From contig SIAO01000007.1 of the NCBI GenBank assembly GCA_009691765.1, forward strand, positions 5,348-69,347: a DNA stretch of 64,000 nt, given 5' to 3'. A model generated the notes under the pieces. It was given only the letters and a program-made list of their open reading frames with translations, searched no databases and was not told the origin of the DNA. Shown piece by piece: positions 10,159-20,979 of the stretch. This stretch comes from Planctomycetota bacterium (GTDB lineage Bacteria; Planctomycetota; GCA-002687715). How positions within the stretch are numbered: position 1 is the stretch's first letter; the number at the start of each line of letters is the position of its first letter. Position numbers and translations under genes: made by a program.

Positions 10159-10323
10159 GAACCGGGCCCCGCTAGGGGAACTTGGCCAGTACGACCCTTG
10201 GGATCTGCTGCTTTCTTTGGGATCCTTGAGCGCGGTCGACCCCAGTGCTGATTGTCCATGGGTTGCAGCCGCGATTGACGTTTCTTCGCGCAGGGTCAAG
10301 AGCCCACGCACGGAGTGCTGAAT

Positions 10324-12411
<2,088 letters not shown>

Positions 12412-12419
12412 GGTCATCC

Positions 12420-13124
12420 ATGAACAACAACCCCACTGAATCCAATCGTCCACTGCGCAGCTTCGAACGCGTCCTCAAAGGCGGGCTCGGCGCTGGAAAC
12501 ATCGGCGCCATTGTGTCGCCTCACGGGACAGGCAAGAACGCGATTCTCACTTCGATCGCGATAGACCATGCCATGGCTGGGCACGCCGTACTGCACATCG
12601 CAGTCGGTAAGTCGGTGAGCGATATTCGCGCCTACCACGACCAGATCCTCAGCATGATCGAGGCCAGCATCACGGCGACAGATCACGCTGAACTGCTCAC
12701 CAACGTCGAGCGCCATTCGCAGATCTACACTTTCCGCAACGGCCAGTTCGACCTCGCCAAACTCTCTCAAGTGTTGACGTTCCTTGCGCAACACGCCGAG
12801 TTTCGCCCCAAGACCATCATGTTCCAAGGCTGGCCGGAAGTTGCGAATCTGCACACCGAAGAGCTGCTGCAGCTGCGCGAGATCGCAGCGGACAACCATT
12901 GCGAAATGTGGCTGCCACTGCACACGCCGAAGGACACCACTACGGATGCTACGGGTTTGCCAGCTGGTTTCGGCACGCTGATGGAACACCTCGAAGTCGT
13001 GGTCACCCTCGGTGCCGAAGGCAAGACTGTCCCCATCCGCTTCGTGAAAGTTCACGGCGGGCCCGGCCCCACGGGCGCGCACCTCGAGTTCGATCCCACA
13101 ACCATGCTCATTCGCTGGCACTGA
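12420..13124 (+). CDS. RecA/KaiC-like P-loop fold protein, possibly degenerate
   Basis: GGLGAGNIGAIVSPHGTGKNA Walker-A-like motif; starts 8 bp after fusA. Confidence 0.65.
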   Translation: MNNNPTESNRPLRSFERVLKGGLGAGNIGAIVSPHGTGKNAILTSIAIDHAMAGHAVLHIAVGKSVSDIRAYHDQILSMIEASITATDHAELLTNVERHSQIYTFRNGQFDLAKLSQVLTFLAQHAEFRPKTIMFQGWPEVANLHTEELLQLREIAADNHCEMWLPLHTPKDTTTDATGLPAGFGTLMEHLEVVVTLGAEGKTVPIRFVKVHGGPGPTGAHLEFDPTTMLIRWH

Positions 13125-13164
13125 GCCTTGACACGGCCGCAAGCGCGGCTGAAGGAGGCCTAGC

Positions 13165-15423
13165 ATGCGCGTCACGATCATCGGTGGTGGCCCGGGCGGT
13201 TTGTTCTCCGCCATTTTGTTGCGCAAGGCCTTTCCGCAAGCACACATTCATGTGCATGAGCAGAACGGCCCGCACGATGCCTTTGGTTTCGGCGTTGTCT
13301 TCTCCGACGAAACGCTCGGACACATCGCCGCTGCAGATCCCGAGAGCTTCCGCGAGATTGAAGCGTGCTTCATTCAGTGGAAGCGCATTGAAACATGGCA
13401 CAAGGATCAGTGGATTGTGTCGGAGGGCCATGGGTTTTGCGGGCTCGAACGCCACGCCATGCTGGCCATCCTCCAGCGACGCGCAGCCGCACTCGGCGTC
13501 GAGCTGAGCTTCCACGACACGGTGAGCTCAGCGCGAGAGGCCGCCAAAGATTGCGACCTCTTGATCGCCTGTGACGGTGTGAACAGCCGTGTTCGCGAGG
13601 AACTGCGTGATGTATTTCAGCCCACTGTTGAAGCGCGCCCCTGCCGCTTCTCATGGCTTGCCGGCGACTTCGAATTGCCCGCATTCACTTTCATCTTCGC
13701 GCCGACGGTGCATGGGTTGTTCACAGTGCACGCCTACCCCTTCAAGCGCGGGCGCAGCACTTGGATCGTGGAATGTGCTGAAGACACTTGGCGCAAAGCG
13801 GGTTTCGAAGGTGCCGCTGACGAACGCACCGTGGAGCTGTGCGAAACGCTTTTCGCTCCATGGCTGAAGGGCCGCCGCCTACTCGCCAGCCGCTCCGTTT
13901 GGCGCCAGTTTCCGCAGATCAGCAACGCACACTGGCACGACGGCGATCACACGGTGCTGCTTGGCGACGCCGTTCACACCGCGCACTTCTCGATCGGCTC
14001 CGGCACGAAGCTCGCAATGGAAGACGCCATAGCTCTGCGCGACGCCATGGTGGAGGCTCACAACGCAGGGTCTGGCATCCCTCAGGCCCTCGCGAATTAC
14101 GAAGCGGCACGCCGTGGCCCAGTGGAACGCCTGCAACGCAGCGCCATCACCAGCATGGAGTGGTTCGAGAATGCCACGCGCTACACGTCGCAATCGCCCG
14201 AGGTGTTCAATTTCAATCTGATGACGCGCAGTCGACGCATCGGCTACGACAATTTGAGCAGCCGTGATCCACAGCTTGTGCGCCATGCCGTAGAACGCTG
14301 GGCGCAAGATGTTGGCGCCGCTCCTGACAGTGCCGGCAATGCCGTCCCGCCGGCCTACACACCCTTCCAGTTGCGCGGCGTCACGCTGAACAACCGCGTC
14401 GTGGTCAGCCCGATGTGCCAATACAGCGCCGTAGATGGCGTGCCTGGCGACTGGCATCTTGTGCACCTTGGCAGTCGCGCAGTTGGCGGCGCGGGTCTCG
14501 TCATCGCGGAAATGACCAATGTCGCAGCCGAAGGACGCATCAGCAAAGGCTGCTGCGGACTCTGGAACACAACGCAACGCGAGGCTTGGAAGCGCATCAC
14601 GAGTTTTGTGCGCGAGCATTCTTCAGCGCGCATGGGAATGCAACTCGCCCATGCAGGACGCAAAGGCTCTGCAGAACTGCCTTGGGTGGCGCCCGAGCAA
14701 CAATGCCGCGACGGGTGGGCCACGCTCGCACCTTCCCCCATCCCGTGGGCTGCGCACTGGAATGCTCCGCGCGAAATGAGCCGCGCAGACATGGAAAACA
14801 TTCGTGACGCTTTCGTGCGCTCCGCCGAACTCGCTGTGGAAGCGGGTTTCGATCTGGTCGAACTGCACATGGCCCATGGGTATTTGCTCTCTTCGTTCAT
14901 CACGCCACTCAGCAACCAGCGCAAGGATGCCTATGGCGGCAGTCTTGCAGGACGCATGCGCTTTCCGCTCGAAGTGTTCGACGCAGTTCGCGCCAGCCTC
15001 CCGCGCGAGATGCCCGTGAGTGTGCGCATCAGCGCTCACGACTGGCACAGCGACCCTGCATCCATCAAGACTGAGGACGCCGTGCAAATCGCGCGCCTCC
15101 TCAAAGAGCACGGCTGCGACATCGTCGATGTCTCCTCGGGCGGCACAAGCCCGCAAGGCCGACCGCAATACGGACGCATGTATCAAGTGCCGTTCGCTGA
15201 AACCGTGCGCCACGAAGCTGGCATCCCCGTCATCGCGGTGGGTGGCATCGAAAGCATCGACCAAGTCAACACGCTGGTGCTCGCTGGACGCGCCGACTTG
15301 TGCGCCATCGCGCGAGCTCATCTCGCAGACCCTTACCTCACACAGCGTGGTGCCGCAGGCGCTCGCTTTCCCGATCATCCTTGGCCTCGTCAGTACATTG
15401 CGGCGCGGCCGCGCCTCCCATGA
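13165..15423 (+). CDS. Bifunctional anthraniloyl/salicylyl-CoA monooxygenase-reductase (FAD monooxygenase + old yellow enzyme domain)
   Basis: GGGPGGL, FGFGVVFSD, GDAVHTAHFSIGSGTKLAMEDA, then VVSPMCQYSA and ELHMAHGYLL. Confidence 0.92.
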   Translation: MRVTIIGGGPGGLFSAILLRKAFPQAHIHVHEQNGPHDAFGFGVVFSDETLGHIAAADPESFREIEACFIQWKRIETWHKDQWIVSEGHGFCGLERHAMLAILQRRAAALGVELSFHDTVSSAREAAKDCDLLIACDGVNSRVREELRDVFQPTVEARPCRFSWLAGDFELPAFTFIFAPTVHGLFTVHAYPFKRGRSTWIVECAEDTWRKAGFEGAADERTVELCETLFAPWLKGRRLLASRSVWRQFPQISNAHWHDGDHTVLLGDAVHTAHFSIGSGTKLAMEDAIALRDAMVEAHNAGSGIPQALANYEAARRGPVERLQRSAITSMEWFENATRYTSQSPEVFNFNLMTRSRRIGYDNLSSRDPQLVRHAVERWAQDVGAAPDSAGNAVPPAYTPFQLRGVTLNNRVVVSPMCQYSAVDGVPGDWHLVHLGSRAVGGAGLVIAEMTNVAAEGRISKGCCGLWNTTQREAWKRITSFVREHSSARMGMQLAHAGRKGSAELPWVAPEQQCRDGWATLAPSPIPWAAHWNAPREMSRADMENIRDAFVRSAELAVEAGFDLVELHMAHGYLLSSFITPLSNQRKDAYGGSLAGRMRFPLEVFDAVRASLPREMPVSVRISAHDWHSDPASIKTEDAVQIARLLKEHGCDIVDVSSGGTSPQGRPQYGRMYQVPFAETVRHEAGIPVIAVGGIESIDQVNTLVLAGRADLCAIARAHLADPYLTQRGAAGARFPDHPWPRQYIAARPRLP

Positions 15424-17042
15424 AAAAAACCTACCGCCCCAAAGACCGCCCCAGCGCCGCCGAGCAACGCGACTCACGCCACAGCACGCCAGGGCTACGC
15501 ATCCTGCATGAAGACGCGCAACTGCTCATCTGCGAGAAGCAAGAAGGTCTGCTCTCGGCGACACCGCCCGGCACACGCGAAATCAGCGCGTTCCGCATGT
15601 TGCAACAACGCTATGGCGCAACAGCACGCACTCCGAAAGTTTGGATCATCCACCGCCTCGACCGAGATGTCAGTGGCGTCATGGTCTTTGCCCTCGAAGA
15701 AGGGGCTTTCCGTTTCATCAAAGAAGATTTTCGTGCGCGACGCATCGAGCGTTCCTATCTCGCCCTGGTCGAAGGCAGCGTCGAAAAGGACACCGGCAGC
15801 ATTCAGAGTTTCTTGCGTGAAGATCGCTTCGGAGCCGTGCGTTCCGTGAAAGCGCCGCGACGCACTGCGAAAGCCCCGGGTCAAGACACTGACGAAGCAC
15901 GCCTCGCAGTGACACACTGGGAAGTGCTTGCTCGTGGTCGTGGGATGAGTTTGCTGCGTTTGCGCATGGAATCGGGCCGCAAGCATCAACTCCGTGTGCA
16001 ATTGAGTGAACTTGGCCATCCGATTGTTGGCGACGAGCGCTACGGCGCCAAAATGAATCCGCTGCGCCGCATCGGACTTCATGCTCACGAACTGACGCTG
16101 CGGCATCCTGCGAACGGCGCCAGCATGGCGTTCAAGAGTCCAGCACCGTCGAGCTTTTGGAATGCCGTGGGCGCAACGCCACCGAGCACTGCACCCACTT
16201 CTGCTGCACCGATTCCTGCGCCACGCAGCGTCACCCCGCCCCCCGATGTGCGGGCCAAAGCCATGAAGCGCACCACGACGGAACGCATGGACACGAACTG
16301 GGACAGCGTCGCGCCTTGGTATGCGCAACTCCTCAGTGAAGCGCGGTCCGCACCGCTCGAAGAAGTGGTGTTGCCGGGAACGCTGGCATTGTTGCAACCC
16401 CAAAAGGGCGAGCGCATTCTGGATCTCGCTTGCGGCGAAGGCACACTTGCACGACGCCTCGCAGGACTCGGCTGCGTGCTGTCGGGCGTGGACGCTTCCA
16501 AAGAACTGCTGGATACCGCCATCGCTCATGCCGATGGCATCGACTATCACTGCCTCGACGCCCGCGACCTCGCGCAATTGCAACTGCACGACATGGACGC
16601 CGTCACTTGCGTCATGGCGCTCATGAACATCGACCCTTTGGATCCTGTGATCAAGGCGCTTGCCGCCACCCTCAAAACTGGTGGCCGTTTCGTCTCGGTG
16701 ATGCTGCATCCGGCATTCCGTGCTCCAAGGCAAACCAGCTGGGGCTTGGAACGCGAACGCGATGGCACACGCCATTACCGCCGTGTGGATGGCTACCTGT
16801 CTCCCGGCCAATTCGAAATCATCATGAACCCCGGTGCCGTTGCCGGTGGCGATGCACCCATAACGACATGGACCTTCCACCGCCCGGTGCAGTGGTACGT
16901 GCGACTGTTCGCACGCTACGGTTTGCTGATTGAGGGCTTTGAAGAATGGCCCGCGGCACGCCTCGCTCGTGACGACGCCGCGATGGCGCGCCTACAACGC
17001 GAAATCCCCATGTTCCTCGCTCTTCGTGCTCGCAAGGTCTGA
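15420..17042 (+). CDS. RluA-family pseudouridine synthase fused to a class I SAM-dependent methyltransferase
   Basis: HRLDRDVSG, GRKHQLRV, HPIVGDERYG, LHAHEL; Pro/Ala/Thr linker; ILDLACGEG. Confidence 0.9.
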   Translation: MKKTYRPKDRPSAAEQRDSRHSTPGLRILHEDAQLLICEKQEGLLSATPPGTREISAFRMLQQRYGATARTPKVWIIHRLDRDVSGVMVFALEEGAFRFIKEDFRARRIERSYLALVEGSVEKDTGSIQSFLREDRFGAVRSVKAPRRTAKAPGQDTDEARLAVTHWEVLARGRGMSLLRLRMESGRKHQLRVQLSELGHPIVGDERYGAKMNPLRRIGLHAHELTLRHPANGASMAFKSPAPSSFWNAVGATPPSTAPTSAAPIPAPRSVTPPPDVRAKAMKRTTTERMDTNWDSVAPWYAQLLSEARSAPLEEVVLPGTLALLQPQKGERILDLACGEGTLARRLAGLGCVLSGVDASKELLDTAIAHADGIDYHCLDARDLAQLQLHDMDAVTCVMALMNIDPLDPVIKALAATLKTGGRFVSVMLHPAFRAPRQTSWGLERERDGTRHYRRVDGYLSPGQFEIIMNPGAVAGGDAPITTWTFHRPVQWYVRLFARYGLLIEGFEEWPAARLARDDAAMARLQREIPMFLALRARKV

Positions 17043-17063
17043 GCGCAAAGCACCACCTTTGGC

Positions 17064-17369
17064 TCAGCCCCGCGTGCGTTCACGACGCACGAGGGCGCGA
17101 GATTCGCGCAGCATGGCGCTGAAGATGCGGCGGAGCGCAGCGGCGCTGAAACCGGGTCCGGGCTTGGCCGAGAAACGGCGCAGCATCGCGGATTCGCGGG
17201 CCTTGTCGAGGGTCGGGCCCTTGGAGCGAGCCTTCACGCGCCCCACGGCCTGCACCAAACGAGCACGTTGCTGCAAGGCGCGGCGCAAATCATCGTTGGC
17301 ATGGTCGATCAGCACCCGCAGCGCGTCGATGCGCGCTGTATCCAAATCCGCTTCGTGCGCTGTTCGCAT
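17064..17369 (-). CDS. Chorismate mutase (AroQ/type II), monofunctional
   Basis: LRVLIDHANDDL...LQQRA...VGRVK...LDKARE...IFSAMLRES pattern; SD-like AAGGGA upstream. Confidence 0.85.
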   Translation of the reverse strand: MRTAHEADLDTARIDALRVLIDHANDDLRRALQQRARLVQAVGRVKARSKGPTLDKARESAMLRRFSAKPGPGFSAAALRRIFSAMLRESRALVRRERTRG

Positions 17370-17386
17370 TGCTACAGTCCCTTTCC

Positions 17387-19990
17387 ATGAATCGCAACGA
17401 CTCACGCAGCACTCCAGAAATCCTCGCCCCCGCCGGTTCGGCAGAAGCACTCTCGGCTGCGCTGCATGCGGGTGCCGATGCCGTCTATTTTGGACTTGAT
17501 GTCGGCTTCAACGCAAGGGCTAGGGCCGCAAACTTCACGACCGAAGGCCTCGCCGACACTGTACGTACCATCCACCGTGCCGGTGCGCGTGCTTATCTCG
17601 CCGTCAACACGCTCATTTACGAAGTGGAACTTGAAGCGCTCGAGCGCATCCTGCGCCACGCCGCAGCCGCCGGAGTGGACGCACTGATAGTGCAGGACCC
17701 AGCGGTGGCTCTCTTGTCTCTGCGCATCGCCCCGAGTCTTGAGATTCACGCGAGTACGCAAATGACCGTCGCGAGCGCTGAAGCGGCGCGGTTTGCTGCT
17801 GGCCTTGGTGCCACGCGCGTCGTATTGCCCCGCGAATTGTCTTTGCCACAAATCCGCCAATTCGTCGCAGAGTCACCGCTGTCAGCAGAAGTGTTCGTGC
17901 ACGGAGCGCTGTGTGTTTCTTGGAGTGGGCAGTGCCTCACTTCCGAAGTGTGGGGGCAGCGCTCTGCAAACCGTGGCCAGTGCGCGCAGTCTTGCCGCAT
18001 GCCTTACGCCGCAGTGCTTGACGGCGTCGTGAAAGACCTCGGCGATGTGCGCTACTTGCTCTCGCCTTTGGATCTCGCAGCACTGCCCCTCTTGCCGGAA
18101 CTCATGGCGCTCGGTCTCGCCGGACTGAAAATCGAAGGACGCCAAAAGGGAGCCGCTTACGTTGCCTCTGCAGTGCAAAGCTACCGCGAACACGTGGATG
18201 CCCTCGCAGCCGGCGAACACCCAGATGCCACGGCCGCACTCACGCGCATGGGGCTGACCTATTCGCGTGGATTCTCGCCGGGCTTCCTCGCGGGATCGAA
18301 TCATCAACGCTTGGTGGAAGGGCGTTTTCCCAAACACCGCGGGCTCTATGTTGGACGTGTGCGCAGCGTAGACATGGACACGGGCACTGTGAATGTCGAG
18401 CGCGACCCCAAAGGCCGCCCGTGGACTGGCGCTGCGCTTGTGAAGAACGCCGCTGACGCGCCCGTGGGCGACACCACCGTGGCCGTGCCACGAGGCGTCT
18501 ACGCCAAGAGTTCCACGGCCGATGTCATCGAGCGTGGCACTGGCATCGTGTTTGAAGACGGACACCCCGAAGATGCGTTGGAACCAGGCGGCCCTGTGTT
18601 TTCTGTACGCGAGTACCACGAAGGCTGGGACCTACGCTTCGGCCAGCCAGGCCCAGATCTGCGCCTCGTCAAGCCCGGACAACGCGTGTGGGCCACAGGA
18701 GATTCCGAGTCCACGAGCCTGACGCAATCGGCAGGCCGCGAACCGCCACGTCTTGGCGGACACCGCATCGACCTCCGAGTCAGCGGCTGCGCCGATGCTC
18801 CCATGAAAGTTCACGCGCGTTGCGCGACCGGTGAATGGGAAGTCGAAAGCACCATGCCTCTTAGTCGTGCCACCGGCGCTGGCATCGACACCGAACTGCT
18901 GCAAGACAAACTCGGATCGTTCGGCGGCTCGCTGTTCACTTTGGGCACTCTCGACAATTCGCTCCCAGCAGGGCTGCACCTCCCCGTCGGCGAAATGAAG
19001 CGCTTGCGCCGCGAATGCGTCATCGCGCTGGAACCGCTGGTCGCTGTTGGGCCACAGCACGCGGTGAATGCTGAAGCCCAACTCCCACTGCTGCACGCAG
19101 AGGCCAACGCTGCAAGGGAAACACGGGGCGTTATTGCCACTGCGCCGCAACTGATCGCGCTGGTGCGCACCTTGCCTCAGTTGGAAGCCGTCATTGAATG
19201 CGGCCACAGCGAAGTCGAACTCGATTTCATGGATTTCACGGGCCTCACCAAAGCCGTGAAGTGCGCACGCGATTCAGGTTTGAGCGTGAGCATCGCCACT
19301 GTGCGCGTACAGAAGCCCGGTGAAGAAGCCTACGACCGCCGCATCGAATCGTTGCAACCTGACAGCATCTTGGCGCGCCATCTCGGTGCAGTGATGCACT
19401 TCGCAGAACACCCGTCGCGCATTCCCGTTCACGGCGATTTCTCGCTGAACGTCACCAACTCACTCAGCGCAGAGCATTTCTTCAACCTCGGACTCGCCAC
19501 ACTCACGGCTTCCCATGACTTGGATGAAACGCAGCTCTTCGCGTTGTTGCAAGCGACTGATGCGTCGCGCATGACGGTAGTGGTGCGCCAACGCATGGCC
19601 ACTTTCCACATGGACCACTGCGTCTACGCCCACTTGCTTTCAGCCGGTCGCGATTTCAATTCCTGCGGACGCCCTTGCGATCAACACAGTCTGGCGCTTC
19701 AAGATCATCTCGGACGGCAGCATCCCGTGCTCGTAGATGTCGGCTGCCGCAACACCGTGTTCAACGCCGAAGCTCAAACCAATGCACCCATGCTGCAGCG
19801 TCTCGTGGCTGCTGGCGTGCGTCGACTGCGCTGCGAATTTGTACGCGAGAGCGGTGACGAAGTGCGCAACACTCTTCAGGCTTTCGATGAATGCTTGCAA
19901 GGACGCAGAACGAGCGACGCCCTGGTGCAAACTCTCGGCCTGAGGGTGCAACAGGGCGTGAGTCACAGCAGCATGGAACTGCTGGTCTGA
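17387..19990 (+). CDS. Peptidase U32-family RNA hydroxylase, RlhA-like (23S rRNA ho5C2501)
   Basis: EILAPAGS, GADAVYFG, HASTQM, EVFVHGALCVSWSGQC, SANRGQCAQSCR, LKIEGRQK; long C-terminal extension typical of RlhA. Confidence 0.88.
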   Translation: MNRNDSRSTPEILAPAGSAEALSAALHAGADAVYFGLDVGFNARARAANFTTEGLADTVRTIHRAGARAYLAVNTLIYEVELEALERILRHAAAAGVDALIVQDPAVALLSLRIAPSLEIHASTQMTVASAEAARFAAGLGATRVVLPRELSLPQIRQFVAESPLSAEVFVHGALCVSWSGQCLTSEVWGQRSANRGQCAQSCRMPYAAVLDGVVKDLGDVRYLLSPLDLAALPLLPELMALGLAGLKIEGRQKGAAYVASAVQSYREHVDALAAGEHPDATAALTRMGLTYSRGFSPGFLAGSNHQRLVEGRFPKHRGLYVGRVRSVDMDTGTVNVERDPKGRPWTGAALVKNAADAPVGDTTVAVPRGVYAKSSTADVIERGTGIVFEDGHPEDALEPGGPVFSVREYHEGWDLRFGQPGPDLRLVKPGQRVWATGDSESTSLTQSAGREPPRLGGHRIDLRVSGCADAPMKVHARCATGEWEVESTMPLSRATGAGIDTELLQDKLGSFGGSLFTLGTLDNSLPAGLHLPVGEMKRLRRECVIALEPLVAVGPQHAVNAEAQLPLLHAEANAARETRGVIATAPQLIALVRTLPQLEAVIECGHSEVELDFMDFTGLTKAVKCARDSGLSVSIATVRVQKPGEEAYDRRIESLQPDSILARHLGAVMHFAEHPSRIPVHGDFSLNVTNSLSAEHFFNLGLATLTASHDLDETQLFALLQATDASRMTVVVRQRMATFHMDHCVYAHLLSAGRDFNSCGRPCDQHSLALQDHLGRQHPVLVDVGCRNTVFNAEAQTNAPMLQRLVAAGVRRLRCEFVRESGDEVRNTLQAFDECLQGRRTSDALVQTLGLRVQQGVSHSSMELLV

Positions 19991-19991
19991 C

Positions 19992-20798
19992 TCAGGAGGC
20001 GCGGAAGAGAGCCGGAGGGGCCTTCAGACCTGCCAAGGCCGCCGCCAAACGCGCAGGTGCCGCAGCATCTGGCCGCTCTGTGCGCCGTCCGCGAATCAAG
20101 CGGTTGCGTGCGCTGTGCTCTAACGGAACGAACTCGATGACATCCGTCGAGTAACCGTGACTGCGCAGCCAGTCGGCACGCAAGGCGTCCGTGAAGACCG
20201 CTGCATGATCGTCCGCAAGGATGCCATCGCGTGTGTAGATCTCGTGTTCATGGCCCAAGAGTGGGCGTACTTCGCGGTGACAGCACGGAACCACGGCCAC
20301 ATGCTGCGCCGCGCTCGCTACAGCGGCCTGCAAAGCGGCATCGCTCGCTGTATCACAGCCGTGCAGTGACAAAAATAATTGAGGCTGCTGGGGCAACTGC
20401 AAACTGCCCGCCTCCCCTGTGAGAAACTCGCAATCTGCAAGTTCGAGGGTGCGCGAACGCTCACGGCAGCGCCCGATAGCCACTGGGTCGCGGTCGTATC
20501 CGAAGAGCACCGGTTGACGCCCCATGCATTTCAAGACATGCGCCAGCAAGAATCCGAGGTAGCTGCGACCACAGTTCGCATCGACGAGGCTCACTCGCTC
20601 TTGCGGCAACTTTTCGAGCACGGGCATAAACAAAGCCACCACATGATTCACTTGCTGAAATTTGCGACGCATGTCCGCAGAAATACCACCGTCGCGCGTC
20701 ATGATGCCAAGCACTTGCAAGAGGGCGGCATCACGCGAGGCCTTCAGCGGACCTTTTTCGAATTCAGCATCCGGCGTGCGCTGCGCGTTCGGTTTCAT
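19992..20798 (-). CDS. SAM-dependent methyltransferase (Methyltransf_32-like)
   Basis: LVDANCGRSYLGF, SLHGCDTASD, VPCCH, EFVPLEHSARN. Confidence 0.85.
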   Translation of the reverse strand: MKPNAQRTPDAEFEKGPLKASRDAALLQVLGIMTRDGGISADMRRKFQQVNHVVALFMPVLEKLPQERVSLVDANCGRSYLGFLLAHVLKCMGRQPVLFGYDRDPVAIGRCRERSRTLELADCEFLTGEAGSLQLPQQPQLFLSLHGCDTASDAALQAAVASAAQHVAVVPCCHREVRPLLGHEHEIYTRDGILADDHAAVFTDALRADWLRSHGYSTDVIEFVPLEHSARNRLIRGRRTERPDAAAPARLAAALAGLKAPPALFRAS

Positions 20799-20979
20799 TG
20801 CGCCGCTTCCGCCATGTTCGAGTCTGGCGCAATGGCCTCCCACGGACGCAGTTCTGCAGCAAGAATCTGAGCGTGTTTGAGCTGTGGCAGCGACATGGTT
20901 CAAGGGTTATAGCTTTGCCACTGCCCTTGATCTTGCGGGCACTCCATGGGGAGATGGGGCACCCCCACCGAGGAAGTCC

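Noticed and set aside
10159-10323. Structured RNA leader before fusA
   Set aside because: Only short scattered complementarities and no recognisable family; cannot be supported by eye.
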